Of a DNA stretch of 64,000 nt, positions 31,039 through 41,088 are shown one piece after another. Source of the DNA: Nitrospirota bacterium (lineage in GTDB: Bacteria; Nitrospirota; UBA9217); contig CAVWHO010000014.1 of assembly GCA_963754875.1 (NCBI GenBank), forward strand, positions 131,886 through 195,885, given 5' to 3'. Position 1 is the first letter of the stretch, and every line of letters starts with the position of its first letter. The notes beneath the pieces are model-generated. The model ran no database searches, was not told the origin of the DNA, and saw only the letters and a list, made by a program, of their open reading frames with translations. Both the position numbers and the translations under genes were made by a program.

Positions 31039-31088
31039 GAGCAAATATATCATTAACATGACCCACTCAGATGGGAGAAGACCCTCAT

Positions 31089-33063
31089 TTAAATTGTCGT
31101 TGTCTCTTCGTCGGAATAATTACTTTCCTGGCCGTTTAGGTCCACATCCGAGACGACAAAATAATAAGTCCCATGCATGAGGGTCAATGTCTTGGTAACA
31201 GTAGCGGTCGCAGGATTGGGAATACTTATGACCTGTGTATAAACTCCTGATGCGGTCCCGTAATATATTTTATATGTTGATATATCAGTCGCGGGGTTCA
31301 ACGGGGTCCCATCTGAATACGACGTCGGGGCGTCCCAGGTAAGCGTTACAACAGGCGGCGCTGTAGCTGTCAGTGATGCGGTTCCTGAAACGCCTCCCTT
31401 GACCGATGAAATTGTGGTTGATCCGACGGCAACGGCAGTCACCAGCCCTTGTGAGCCGGCTGCATTTGAGATCGTTGCAACACCCGTGTTCGAGGAATTC
31501 CAGGTAGCTAGTGCGGTCAGGTCCTGCGTTGTGCTGTCTGAGAACGTGCCGATCGCAGTAAACTGCTGCGTCAACCCGGCAGTGGGAGAAGAAGCACTAG
31601 GAGTTACGGCGATTGAAAGCAATATCGCCGGAGTTATTGTCAATAGGGTTGATCCTTGTATGCTCCCTGATGTCGCCGTGATCGTTGTCGGGCCAATGGC
31701 TATCGGGGTGACGAAGCCTTTTGAACCCGCGGCATTGCTGATGGCTGCGACAGTTGCTGCTGATGAACCCCAGGTCACTGCCGTAGTAAGGTTTTGCGTA
31801 GAACCGTCGGAGTACGTCCCCACGGCAGTGAATTGCTTTGTGGTCCCCAGCGCTATGCTCGGACTGGACGGCGTTATTGCCAGGGAGATGAGCGTTGCCG
31901 GCGTTACAGTCAGAGTCGTACTTCCGGAAACGCCTCCCACGGTCGCTGCGATCGTTGTCGAGCCGACAGCCACCGCGGTGATGAGTCCTTTTGAACTTGC
32001 GGCATTGCTGATGGCTGCGACAGTTGCTGTTGATGAACTCCAGGTCACTGTGGTAGTAAGGTTTTGCGTCGAACCGTCGGAGTACGTCCCCACGGCAGTG
32101 AATTGCTTTGTGGTCCCCAGCGCTATGCTCTGGACTGGACGGCGCTATTGCCACGGAGACGAGCGTTGCCGGCGTTACGGTAAAGGTCGTGCTGTTGGAA
32201 AGACCTCCCAATGTCGCTGTGATCGTTGCTGACCCGGCCGCCATGGGTGTCGCCGATCCATTCGAACCGACAGCATTGCTGATTGTGGCTGTTGAAGCGG
32301 AAGAAGAACTCCAGGTTACAGACGCAGTGATATCCTGGGTCGAGTTGTCGGAATATGTTCCGGTTGCGATGAACTGTTGAGAAGTCCCGAGGGCGGTGCC
32401 CGGGTTTGTCGGAGAGATCGAAATGGATACAAGCCTGGCTGCCGTGACAGTCAACGTATCGGAGCCCGAGATATTGGTGGCCGGATCGGTGGCAGTGATC
32501 GTCGTTGTGCCCGCGGATGCCGAGGTAGCAAAGCCCGAAGCCATACTGATGGTCGCTACATTAGTGGCTGAGGACCTCCACGTAACGATGCTTGTTATGT
32601 CTTGCGTGGTGTTGTCAGAGTAGATCCCCGTGGCTGTAAATTGTTGCGTCGTTCCTTTGGCGATGGTCGGATTAGTCGGGGTCACTGAAATAGATTGGAG
32701 CGTTGCCGCAGTAACCGTCAGGGTAGTGGACGCGGTTGTTGTCCCGTCCGTGGCAATGATCGTGGTCGTACCGACGGCCGTTGCCTTGGCCACGCCCGAA
32801 CTATTGATCGTCGCAATTCCCGGGTCCGAGGAACTCCAGTTGATCGTTGTTGTTATGTCCTGTGTGGAATGGTCGGAAGAAATGCCGGTGGCATTATACT
32901 GCAGTGTCGTGCCCTTCGCGACAGTCGGATTAGTAGGAGTGATTTCTACGGGCTGTAATGCTGCGTTCGCGTTATCCGGGCTCGCGCCGCCTCCGCCGCC
33001 GCAAGCGGAGAGGAACATGGATGCGGAGAAAAACAATGCGTATATTTTATGATTAAATTTCAT
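31089..33063 (-). CDS. Ig-like (Big_2) repeat lipoprotein with a +1 frameshift near 32131
   Basis: Lipobox LSAC-GGGG, about six ~90-aa repeats (QF.A.G.YSD..TQD.T..V.W.SS), FN3-like tail. One extra base relative to the neighbouring 270-nt repeat unit. Confidence 0.85.
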
Positions 33064-33770
33064 GCGACCTACCTCACATGAACTCCACCGGTCATTGCGC
33101 CAGGGGGAGGTTGGGTTTTAAGATGTGAGGGCCCTAAAAAATTGGTCCAGTCAAAAGGGGAATTTCTGATATGGTAAAATATTTTATTGCGGTAATTCTA
33201 AAAGTGTTCTCTCGATTCCGTTGTTCGTGGGATTGTTCTCTGCCGTGTCCTCCATTGTTATTGGCGAGGTAACATCTCATACAGCCGGGAAAATTCAAAT
33301 TTTCTTTTATATGATTATCAAGTTAAAAACGATTTTCGGAGAGGTGCTGAAAATCCACACCAAGACATCAGTTTGGGGCCCGCTGGTATCATTTGAGAAT
33401 GAAAGGGGCCCGCAGCAGCGTCCTTTTGAAACCGAAAACGGACGCAACTATAACATCTTTGAAACTCAGTTTTTAAGCTTTTGCATCAGGAAGATACTGC
33501 TTTTGAAACGAGGAAACTGATTAATGTCCTTTTACTGAAGCCGGAAAAGCTGTGCGGCAGTTCAGGATGAGCCCTTACCGGGGGCTCTATTTAACTGGGC
33601 ATGATGCTATCATATATCAAAATATAGTCAAGTTAAAAATTTTTCAACAAGCTTAAGAACTTTTTGGGACAACATAATTTTTTATGGTTTTTGGTGCGTT
33701 TATTATTGATCTCCGCATTAGTAATGCAATAGACCATATTCATGGAAATAAATTATGGCCGCGAGATTTT

Positions 33771-33863
33771 TCTCCCCTTCAAGGGGAGGATTAAGGTGGG
33801 GATGGGTTTTGCAAAGCTGCTGTAGACCCATCCTCACCCAGCCCTCTCCTTGAAGGAGAGGGG
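33771..33863. repeat. Inverted pair of REP-like palindromes
   Basis: CTCCCCTTCAAGGGGAGG..GGTGGGGATGGG and CCCATCCTCACCCAGCCCTCTCCTTGAAGGAGAGGG. Confidence 0.75.
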
Positions 33864-33945
33864 AATTGATCGTACCCTTCGCGCAATGCCTATGCGATGG
33901 ATGATTGTATGTTGCATTACTTATGCGGCGCTCTATAATCAAACA

Positions 33946-33995
33946 TTGACACTGGTGCACGATTAATGCATATTAATCCATTCAATAATGCATAT
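33946..33995 (+). promoter_or_regulatory. Putative vapB promoter/operator
   Basis: TTGACA at 33946; TAATGCATAT at 33964 and again at 33986, overlapping the -10 region. Confidence 0.55.
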
Positions 33996-34009
33996 CTGGA
34001 CAGGGAGAG

Positions 34010-34213
34010 ATGGTCATGCGGACAACACTCAATATCGAAGACGCATTGTTTGAGAAAGCGTCAAAATTAACCGGCATAAAAGAGAAAACCTCGCTCATTA
34101 AGCGCGGGCTTGAATCGTTGATCGCGATAGAAAGCGCAAAAAGGCTTGCTCATTTGGGTGGTACCGAAAAAGGCTTGAAGACAATACCCCGCAGGCGAAC
34201 GGCAGGAAAGTAA
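34010..34213 (+). CDS. vapB: VapB-family antitoxin
   Basis: MRTTLNIEDAL..KA..LTGIKEKT.L...GL..LI..ESA.RLA.LGG. Confidence 0.85.
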   Translation: MVMRTTLNIEDALFEKASKLTGIKEKTSLIKRGLESLIAIESAKRLAHLGGTEKGLKTIPRRRTAGK

Positions 34214-34214
34214 C

Positions 34215-34232
34215 ATGGTCCTGGTCGATAGT
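34215..34232 (+). pseudogene. VapC (PIN) N-terminal stub
   Basis: ATG 1 nt after the vapB stop reads MVLVD(S), the PIN beta-1/Asp motif; similarity is then lost and the frame closes within about 30 codons. Confidence 0.65.
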
Positions 34233-34400
34233 CTGAATTTTTATAGAAAAATGTTCCACAATATAAAAACCCTTTGGGAATGCTGGGAAGAAAAGACGTC
34301 ATGATATGATGACTCTGTCATCCTGAGTTGACAGGTTTTTCAATTCCGCCTTGCATTTTTCCCCATTCTGTAATATTCTTTTCTTATCAAGAATCATTTT

Positions 34401-34736
34401 ATGGGGACTGAACTAATGATTGCGCTCGGTAAAATTGCTGCAGCAGCAAAGGTTCTTGTGGATGCAGCCCATCCTCTTAAAATAGTCCTGTTCGGCTCTT
34501 ACGCTCAGGGCACACCGACAGAAGATTCAGACCTAGACCTGCTGGTGATCGAACGGAGCTTACCCAACAAGCTTGACGAAATGGTGCGGCTGCGCCGTCT
34601 GCTGCGCCCGTTACGAATTCCCGTTGATGTTCTTGTGTACTCCGAAGATGAAGTCCGGGAATGGGGCCACTTGCCGGGGACAACTCTTTACTGGGCCTTA
34701 CGCGAGGGGAAAATTCTTCATGAAGCAACCAGCTAA
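34401..34736 (+). CDS. Minimal nucleotidyltransferase (MNT antitoxin)
   Basis: LFGSYAQG....DSDLDLLV, PVDVLV, ALREGKILH. Confidence 0.88.
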   Translation: MGTELMIALGKIAAAAKVLVDAAHPLKIVLFGSYAQGTPTEDSDLDLLVIERSLPNKLDEMVRLRRLLRPLRIPVDVLVYSEDEVREWGHLPGTTLYWALREGKILHEATS

Positions 34737-34776
34737 TCTCGCACGCGCTTCTTGCTGGTTCAATCATTCTGATTGA
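34720..34776 (+). pseudogene. Probable HEPN toxin N-terminal stub
   Basis: Overlapping ATG reads MKQPANLARA, then runs into the repeat and stops. HEPN identity is inferred from position after the MNT gene. Confidence 0.55.
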
Positions 34777-34895
34777 ACCGAAATAGTAACCACCGACTCT
34801 TCCGACAGCCCATCGCATGGTATCCTTTGGCCCCCCTTGCTTTTTCCCTTTTCCTGGTCTATGTTTGAATCAAAGAACCAAAAACCACGTCATCA
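34750..34895 (+). repeat. ~145 bp direct repeat, copy 1 (palindrome plus duplicate of the lhr upstream region)
   Basis: Matches 35406-35549; ends ACGTCATCA versus ATGTCATCA at the lhr start. Confidence 0.95.
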
Positions 34896-35156
34896 TCCGT
34901 TTGATAAGTTTTGCAGGACGTCGTTGCGAGACTCGACACAACGAGCCACCCCGCATCGGTTGAACTCAGACTTGGCCCAACGCACTCAGAGAATTTATTT
35001 GGGTAAAAGACCGTTTTAACCCGGCATTTATTACGCCAAGTTCAACCGGGCGAAACCATAACCTGAGCAACCCCTTGCAATTGCCGACTGGAAAATATAA
35101 AATGATAGTATTGAAAAGTAGTCGCGTTCTCTGGCATGGTGAAAGCGGAGGTACCT

Positions 35157-35384
35157 ATGGGACATAAAGTGGCAGAAGCCATTATAGAAAACGGAAAATT
35201 GACTCATGTAGATAAGGATCTGCCTAAAGGCAAAATTAAGGTTCACATCATTTATGACGTGGATGAAGAAACGATTAATGTAGATACCGCTGCGCTTGTT
35301 AAAGAAACTTGTGGGATATACAAGGACAGTGATGCCGGACATGAGGCAAAGAAAATGAGGGCAGAGTGGGAGCGTCATGCCTGA
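35157..35384 (+). CDS. Probable antitoxin (AF2212/DUF104-like)
   Basis: GGAGG RBS; EAIIENGKL N-terminus, MRAEWER C-terminus; overlaps a PIN-like start. Confidence 0.6.
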   Translation: MGHKVAEAIIENGKLTHVDKDLPKGKIKVHIIYDVDEETINVDTAALVKETCGIYKDSDAGHEAKKMRAEWERHA

Positions 35385-35442
35385 AAGCGACTTTCTGATT
35401 GATACTCTTGCTGGTTCAATCATTCTGATTGAACCGAAATAG
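35377..35442 (+). pseudogene. VapC (PIN) N-terminal stub
   Basis: Overlapping ATG reads MPESDFLIDT, then enters the repeat and stops. Confidence 0.65.
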
Positions 35443-35549
35443 TAACCACCGACTTTTCCGACAGCCATCGCATGTATCCTTCGGCCCCCCTTGCTTTTTC
35501 CCTCCTCCTGGTCTATGTTTGAAGCAAAGGACCGAAAACCATGTCATCA
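35406..35549 (+). repeat. ~145 bp direct repeat, copy 2
   Basis: Matches 34750-34895. Confidence 0.95.
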
Positions 35550-38500
35550 ACAGGCCTCTCGTTGTTCCATTCCCTGATCAAACAATGGTTCTCCGAAAAG
35601 GTCGGCACGCCGACCGACGTGCAGGAGAAAGCCTGGCCCGAGATCGCGAAAGGCAGTCATGTGCTCGTGACCGCGCCCACGGGCTGCGGCAAGACCTTGG
35701 CCGCGTTTCTCTGGAGCATCAACCAACTCGTCTCGGGCGTCTGGACCGGTGGCAAGGTCCGCGTTCTCTATATCTCTCCGCTCAAGGCACTGAACAACGA
35801 CGTCCAGCGAAACCTGCTCAAGCCCCTCGGTGAGCTGCGGGACTATTTTAGCCGCGCCGGAGCGGCTTTTCCGGAAATCCGCGTGCTCACCCGGAGCGGG
35901 GACACGCCGGGCGAGGAAAGGCGCAGGATGATCAGGAGGCCGCCGGAAATCTTGATCACCACGCCTGAGTCTCTGAATCTGCTCCTTACCTCCCGGAGCG
36001 GGCGGTCGATCCTCACCGGGATCGCGACCGTGATCCTCGATGAGATCCACGCAGTCGTTGGTTCGAAGCGCGGCACGCACCTGATCACGGCTGTTGACCG
36101 GCTCGTTCCCCTCTGCGGAGAGTTCCAGCGCATCGCGCTCTCTGCAACGGTCAATCCCGCGGAGCGGGTGGCGGAATTCGTGGGCGGGTTCCGCAAGATC
36201 GGGAAAGGCAGGGACAGCCATTTCGAAAAGCGTCCTGTTACGCTCATCCAGTCCCGCCAGGCAAAGACCTACGATATCACGGTCTCGTTCCCGGCTGATG
36301 CGCGGGAGAAGATGGTCGACGGTTCCTGGTGGCCTGCGCTCATCGATGCGTTCAGGGAAATCATCAACCAGCACCGATCGACCCTGCTCTTCGCGAACAG
36401 CAGGAGGACCACGGAAAAGGTGACACGGCTGATCAACGAGGCAGAGGAAGCCGAGCTTGCCTATGCCCACCACGGGTCTCTCTCCCGCGAGATCCGGCTG
36501 GCAGTGGAGCAGAAATTAAAGAACGGGGAGCTCAAGGCCATCGTTGCAACGAACTCGCTGGAGCTCGGCATCGACATCGGGGCACTCGACAGGGTCATCA
36601 TGGTCCAGACGCCGAAATCGGTTTCCTCGGCCTTGCAGCGCATCGGCAGGTCGGGCCACGGCGTAGGGGAAACGAGCCGCGGCATGCTCTTCCCGACCCA
36701 TGGCCGAGATTTTATCGACGCGGCGGTCATGGCGCGCGCAAGCCTGGACCAAGACATCGAAGAGGTCCATCCCATAGAAGCGCCGCTCGATATCCTGGCG
36801 CAGATCATCCTCTCGATGTGTGCAATGGAAACGTGGGACATCGACGAGCTGTATGCGTTTTTAAAAACGAGCTACCCGTACCGCGATTTGCCCCGCAAAC
36901 ACTTCGACATCCTGCTCGAAATGCTCTCCGGCCGGTACGCAGACAGCCGTTTGCGGGAGCTGAAGGCCCGGGTCTCGCTTGACAAGGTGGACAATACGAT
37001 CAAAGCGCACAGCGAAGTTCCCTTCCTTATATATACGTCGGGCGGGACCATCCCTGAGCGCGGCTACTTCGATTTGCGGCTCAAAGACACCCATGCAAAG
37101 ATCGGCGAGCTCGACGAGGAATTCGTGTGGGAGCGTTCCCTCGGCGAGACCTTTACCCTGGGGACCCAGCTCTGGAGGATCGAGAAGATCACGCACAACG
37201 ACGTGGAGGTCGTGCCGGTCCGTTCCGCCACGGGCATCTTTCCGTTCTGGAAAGCGGAGCCGCAGGACCGCGATTTTCATTTCTCCGAAAAGATCGGCCT
37301 CTTCCTCGAACACGCGGACGGGAAGCTCGATGCTCCCGATTTCCGGCAGGAGCTTCTGGACAAGCATGCCATGGAAAAAACGGCTGCCGACGAACTCATC
37401 GGGTTTTTAAAACTCCAGAAAGAGGCGACCGGAACAAGCCTCCCGCACCGCCACAACCTTTTGATCGAGCACGTGGAGGAGCCCGGAGGACGCGGCGATT
37501 TCAAACAGGTGATCCTGCACACCTTCTGGGGAGGACGGGTGAACCGGCCCTTTGCGCTTGCCCTGGCCCAGGCCTGGGAGGAGAAAGAGAGAACGCCGCT
37601 CCAGTTTATCGAGAACGACGATGCCATTCTGCTCATGCTGCCGCGGCAGTTCGAGGCCCATGACCTCTTTTCTTTCCTCACGCCCGAAACCGTGGAGTCC
37701 TTTCTCCGGAAGAGGCTGGAGCAGACGGGATTTTTCGGGGCGCGGTTCCGGGAGAACGCAGAGCGGGCGCTCCTGCTGCCCAAGTCGAGCTTCAAGCGGA
37801 GAATGCCGCTCTGGGTCATCCGGCTCAGGTCCAAGGAGCTGCTTGCGGCGGTCCATTCCTACGAGGACTTCCCGATCCTGCTCGAAACGTGGCGCACCTG
37901 CCTGGAAGACGAGTTCGATCTCCGGCACGTCAAGACGATGATCGAAGAGCTTCAGACAGGGATGGTCCGCGTGAGCGAAACCGTTACCAGGGCGGCCTCA
38001 CCTTTTGCCGGGAACCTCGTCTGGAAGCAGACGAACAAGTATATGTACGAGGACGATACACCGGTCCTGGCAAAAGAGTCGGCCCTCCGGCCCGATCTGA
38101 TCAAAGAGCTTCTGTTCTCCTCGCACCTCCGTCCGAAGGTCCCTTCTGAACTGGTCCGCGTCCTGGACAGCAAGCTCAAGCGCACGGCCCCGGGATACCC
38201 GCCGGGTTCAGCCATCGAGCTTCTGGACTGGGTGAAGGAGCGGCTGCTGGTCCCGGAACCGGAGTGGAAGGAGCTGGCAATCTCGATCAGGAGGGACCAT
38301 GAACAGGACCCGGGAGAGTGGCTTGCTTCCCAGGCAAGGAAGCTCTTTTGGATAAGCTGGCCCGGCGTCAGGCATGCCCTTCTGTGCAGCCTCGAAATGC
38401 TGCCGAAGGCGGTCGTTGCCTTCCGCCTACACACGGACGTTCTCTCGATCCAGCCCGTGAGTGCCAATGAAAAAGCGGATACCGTCAAACGGCGGGTCCT

Positions 38501-40004
38501 GTCATTCCTGCGCGACGTTCCCGAGTCCGCTCAAACGCCTGAAGAGTACGATCTTACGGGCTTTCTTTCCGAGTGGCTGTCTTTTTACGGGCCTGTGGAA
38601 AAAGAAAGCCTGGTCTCTCTGCTCGGCATCACCGCAGAAAGGATCGATGAAGCGATCGAACCTTTGATAGAAACGCAGGACCTCGTCATGGACCGCTTTG
38701 GCGAAGAGAGCAGGGTGCTTGAAATCTGCGACAGCGGAAATCTCGAGATCCTGCTCCGCATGACGCGGCGCTATCGCCAGCCGACCTTCGAGCCCCTGCC
38801 GCTTTCGCAGCTCCCGCTGTTTTTGGCGGCCTGGCAGGGGATCAGTCCGCGAGGCGAATCCATGGACGATTTTCAGCAAAGACTGGAGCAGCTCTTCGGG
38901 TTCCCTGCGCCCGTGGGCGCGTGGGAGGAATATATCCTCTCCAGCCGCATGCAGCAGTACCGGAGCGAGTGGCTGGACACGCTCATGGACCAGAGCGACC
39001 TCATCTGGTTCGGCTGCGGGAAACAGCGCATCAGCCTCGCCTTCAGCCAGGACCTGGAGCTCTTCCGTCCTGTGGCCGGATCAGAGCACGATGGAGAGCT
39101 TTCGCTCCTGATCCCCGACCGCCGCGGCAGGTACAGTTTCCTGGAGATAACCGAGTTCTCCCACATGGACAGTGTTCATGCGACAGAGCTTTTGTGGAAA
39201 GAGGCATGGAAGGGGAATGTGACGAGCGATTCGTTCAAGACCCTCAGAAAGGGCGCCATGACCGGGTTCTCGGCGCAATCAATCAGCGACGAGGCCAGAC
39301 TTGCCTCACGCAGGTCGGGATTCAACCGCTGGAAGGTTTCCCGGCCCTTGGAAGGCCACTGGCTCAGGATCGATTCCCTGCCGCAGGAGCGCGATATTCT
39401 CGAAAACGAAGAGCTCGTGAAAGACCGCATACGGCAGCTTTTGAAGCGCTACGGCGTGCTGTTCCGCGATCTTACGGCGAACGAGTTGTCGCCGCTCCAG
39501 TGGCGGGCAATGTTCCGGTCGCTTCGGCTGATGGAGCTCTCGGGCGAGGTGCTGTCAGGCTATTTCTTCGAGGGCGTATCTGGCCCGCAGTTTGTTTCCC
39601 ACGAGGCCTTCCGCATGCTGCAGGAGCCGCTGCCCAAGGACGCCGTTTTCTGGGTCAACGCGGCCGATCCCGCCTCGCCCTGCGGGCTGGGACTAACTGC
39701 ATTATCAGGCCTTCCTTCGCGCATCGCCTCGACGCATCTCGTGTATCACGGAAGCGGGCTCGTCATGATCTCGAAACGATCGGGAAAAAATCTTGAGATC
39801 CTTGTCCAGCCTGATGACGCGCATCTTGCCGAATATTTCGCCTTGTTCAAGGATCTGCTCGCGCGCGAGTTCAATCCTGTCCAGAAAATAACGATCGAGG
39901 CGGTTAATGGCGAACCTGCACTGCAGAGCCCCTATGCCACGGCGCTGAAAGGGTACGGGTTCAGGTCAGCGAGGAATGCGCTGGAGTTGTGGAAGGAATA
40001 TTAG
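35541..40004 (+). CDS. lhr: Lhr-family ATP-dependent DEAD/DEAH helicase (long form)
   Basis: APTGCGKT, YISPLKALNND, DEIH, SAT, HHGSLS, SLELGIDIG, QRIGRSGH, LL.RYGV C-terminal domain. Confidence 0.93.
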   Translation: MSSTGLSLFHSLIKQWFSEKVGTPTDVQEKAWPEIAKGSHVLVTAPTGCGKTLAAFLWSINQLVSGVWTGGKVRVLYISPLKALNNDVQRNLLKPLGELRDYFSRAGAAFPEIRVLTRSGDTPGEERRRMIRRPPEILITTPESLNLLLTSRSGRSILTGIATVILDEIHAVVGSKRGTHLITAVDRLVPLCGEFQRIALSATVNPAERVAEFVGGFRKIGKGRDSHFEKRPVTLIQSRQAKTYDITVSFPADAREKMVDGSWWPALIDAFREIINQHRSTLLFANSRRTTEKVTRLINEAEEAELAYAHHGSLSREIRLAVEQKLKNGELKAIVATNSLELGIDIGALDRVIMVQTPKSVSSALQRIGRSGHGVGETSRGMLFPTHGRDFIDAAVMARASLDQDIEEVHPIEAPLDILAQIILSMCAMETWDIDELYAFLKTSYPYRDLPRKHFDILLEMLSGRYADSRLRELKARVSLDKVDNTIKAHSEVPFLIYTSGGTIPERGYFDLRLKDTHAKIGELDEEFVWERSLGETFTLGTQLWRIEKITHNDVEVVPVRSATGIFPFWKAEPQDRDFHFSEKIGLFLEHADGKLDAPDFRQELLDKHAMEKTAADELIGFLKLQKEATGTSLPHRHNLLIEHVEEPGGRGDFKQVILHTFWGGRVNRPFALALAQAWEEKERTPLQFIENDDAILLMLPRQFEAHDLFSFLTPETVESFLRKRLEQTGFFGARFRENAERALLLPKSSFKRRMPLWVIRLRSKELLAAVHSYEDFPILLETWRTCLEDEFDLRHVKTMIEELQTGMVRVSETVTRAASPFAGNLVWKQTNKYMYEDDTPVLAKESALRPDLIKELLFSSHLRPKVPSELVRVLDSKLKRTAPGYPPGSAIELLDWVKERLLVPEPEWKELAISIRRDHEQDPGEWLASQARKLFWISWPGVRHALLCSLEMLPKAVVAFRLHTDVLSIQPVSANEKADTVKRRVLSFLRDVPESAQTPEEYDLTGFLSEWLSFYGPVEKESLVSLLGITAERIDEAIEPLIETQDLVMDRFGEESRVLEICDSGNLEILLRMTRRYRQPTFEPLPLSQLPLFLAAWQGISPRGESMDDFQQRLEQLFGFPAPVGAWEEYILSSRMQQYRSEWLDTLMDQSDLIWFGCGKQRISLAFSQDLELFRPVAGSEHDGELSLLIPDRRGRYSFLEITEFSHMDSVHATELLWKEAWKGNVTSDSFKTLRKGAMTGFSAQSISDEARLASRRSGFNRWKVSRPLEGHWLRIDSLPQERDILENEELVKDRIRQLLKRYGVLFRDLTANELSPLQWRAMFRSLRLMELSGEVLSGYFFEGVSGPQFVSHEAFRMLQEPLPKDAVFWVNAADPASPCGLGLTALSGLPSRIASTHLVYHGSGLVMISKRSGKNLEILVQPDDAHLAEYFALFKDLLAREFNPVQKITIEAVNGEPALQSPYATALKGYGFRSARNALELWKEY

Positions 40005-40075
40005 GTTACCGGGGGCCGAACGCATGCTTTTGATACCGCGAACCGCGATGCCCGTAACGGTCTTCTCCGGAATTG

Positions 40076-40918
40076 TCAGGATGCCCCTGCATCCCCTTCC
40101 TTCACCTCTTTCCGGTAAATGCCCCGGCCTCCTGGCCAGGGTTTGAAGGCGAGGCATCCGTCAGGCAACGATTCATGGATGCCGGCAACGAAAGCGCCGC
40201 CGGGGAAAAGCCGCACGCTGATGCGTGCGAGGATTTCCTGCTGCAATGCGGGATCAAAGTAAGTGAGTGCCAGATTCCTGCAGAGAACGAGATGGAACCG
40301 GTCATCGGGCGCGGCCTTTCTGATGTCCTGCACGAAAAAGGCGACCCTGCTTCGCTCTTCATCCCTTATGCAGTAAAGTCCCCCCTTCCGGAAGAATGCG
40401 AGCGCCGACCACTCCGCGGGCAGTCCCGCGATGCTGCCGGGCGGATAGCAACCCTGCTCCGCGCGCCTGATCATGGCCGGGTCCGCATCTGTGGCCAGAA
40501 TCGTGAGCGCAAGAGACGGGAACCGGCGGCCCGTAGCCAGGTCCCACAGCAGTGCCAGCGTGTAGGGCTCTTCGCCGGAGGCGCAGCCGATGCTCCAGCA
40601 CCGAAGGCCGTTCTCTCCCCGCGCCAGCGCGTCTTCGGACAGGGTCACGAGCACTTCATGATCGAGAAACCGGAACACTTCACAATCCCGGTAGAAACGC
40701 GAGATCGTAATGCCGCAGAGGGAGTCGAGCAGCGCCCACTCGTTGCCGTTCGTTTCCAGGAACATCCGGTACGCCGCAACGTCCGGAAGCCCCAGTTCGC
40801 GCAGGCGGCGGTCGATGCGCTTGCAGACCTGCCCACGGACCTTCCGGAACCCCTGCCATTGCATGCGGAGCCTCGGAAGCGACCACTGGAGGAACTCGAC
40901 GCAGTCACGGTCCCTCAT
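40076..40918 (-). CDS. cheR: CheR-family protein-glutamate methyltransferase
   Basis: TISRFYRD, WSIGCASGEEPYTLA, LCRNL..YF. Confidence 0.88.
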   Translation of the reverse strand: MRDRDCVEFLQWSLPRLRMQWQGFRKVRGQVCKRIDRRLRELGLPDVAAYRMFLETNGNEWALLDSLCGITISRFYRDCEVFRFLDHEVLVTLSEDALARGENGLRCWSIGCASGEEPYTLALLWDLATGRRFPSLALTILATDADPAMIRRAEQGCYPPGSIAGLPAEWSALAFFRKGGLYCIRDEERSRVAFFVQDIRKAAPDDRFHLVLCRNLALTYFDPALQQEILARISVRLFPGGAFVAGIHESLPDGCLAFKPWPGGRGIYRKEVKEGDAGAS

Positions 40919-41088
40919 GATGAGACCTTCTCCTCGCGCCTACGACTCCGTTTCCGGGTGATCTTCCGGACAGAGGACACCGGAATTCCCAAAAGCACGC
41001 CAACGACGGCAGAGGGATACAGGGTACGATGTTGCGCGAGCTATTTTTTCCCATTTTTCGTGGAATTCGATTTGTAACTGACTGGTCC

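Noticed and set aside
34750..35549. Palindromic repeats as a CRISPR array
   Set aside because: Only two long copies about 650 bp apart, no regular spacers and no cas genes.
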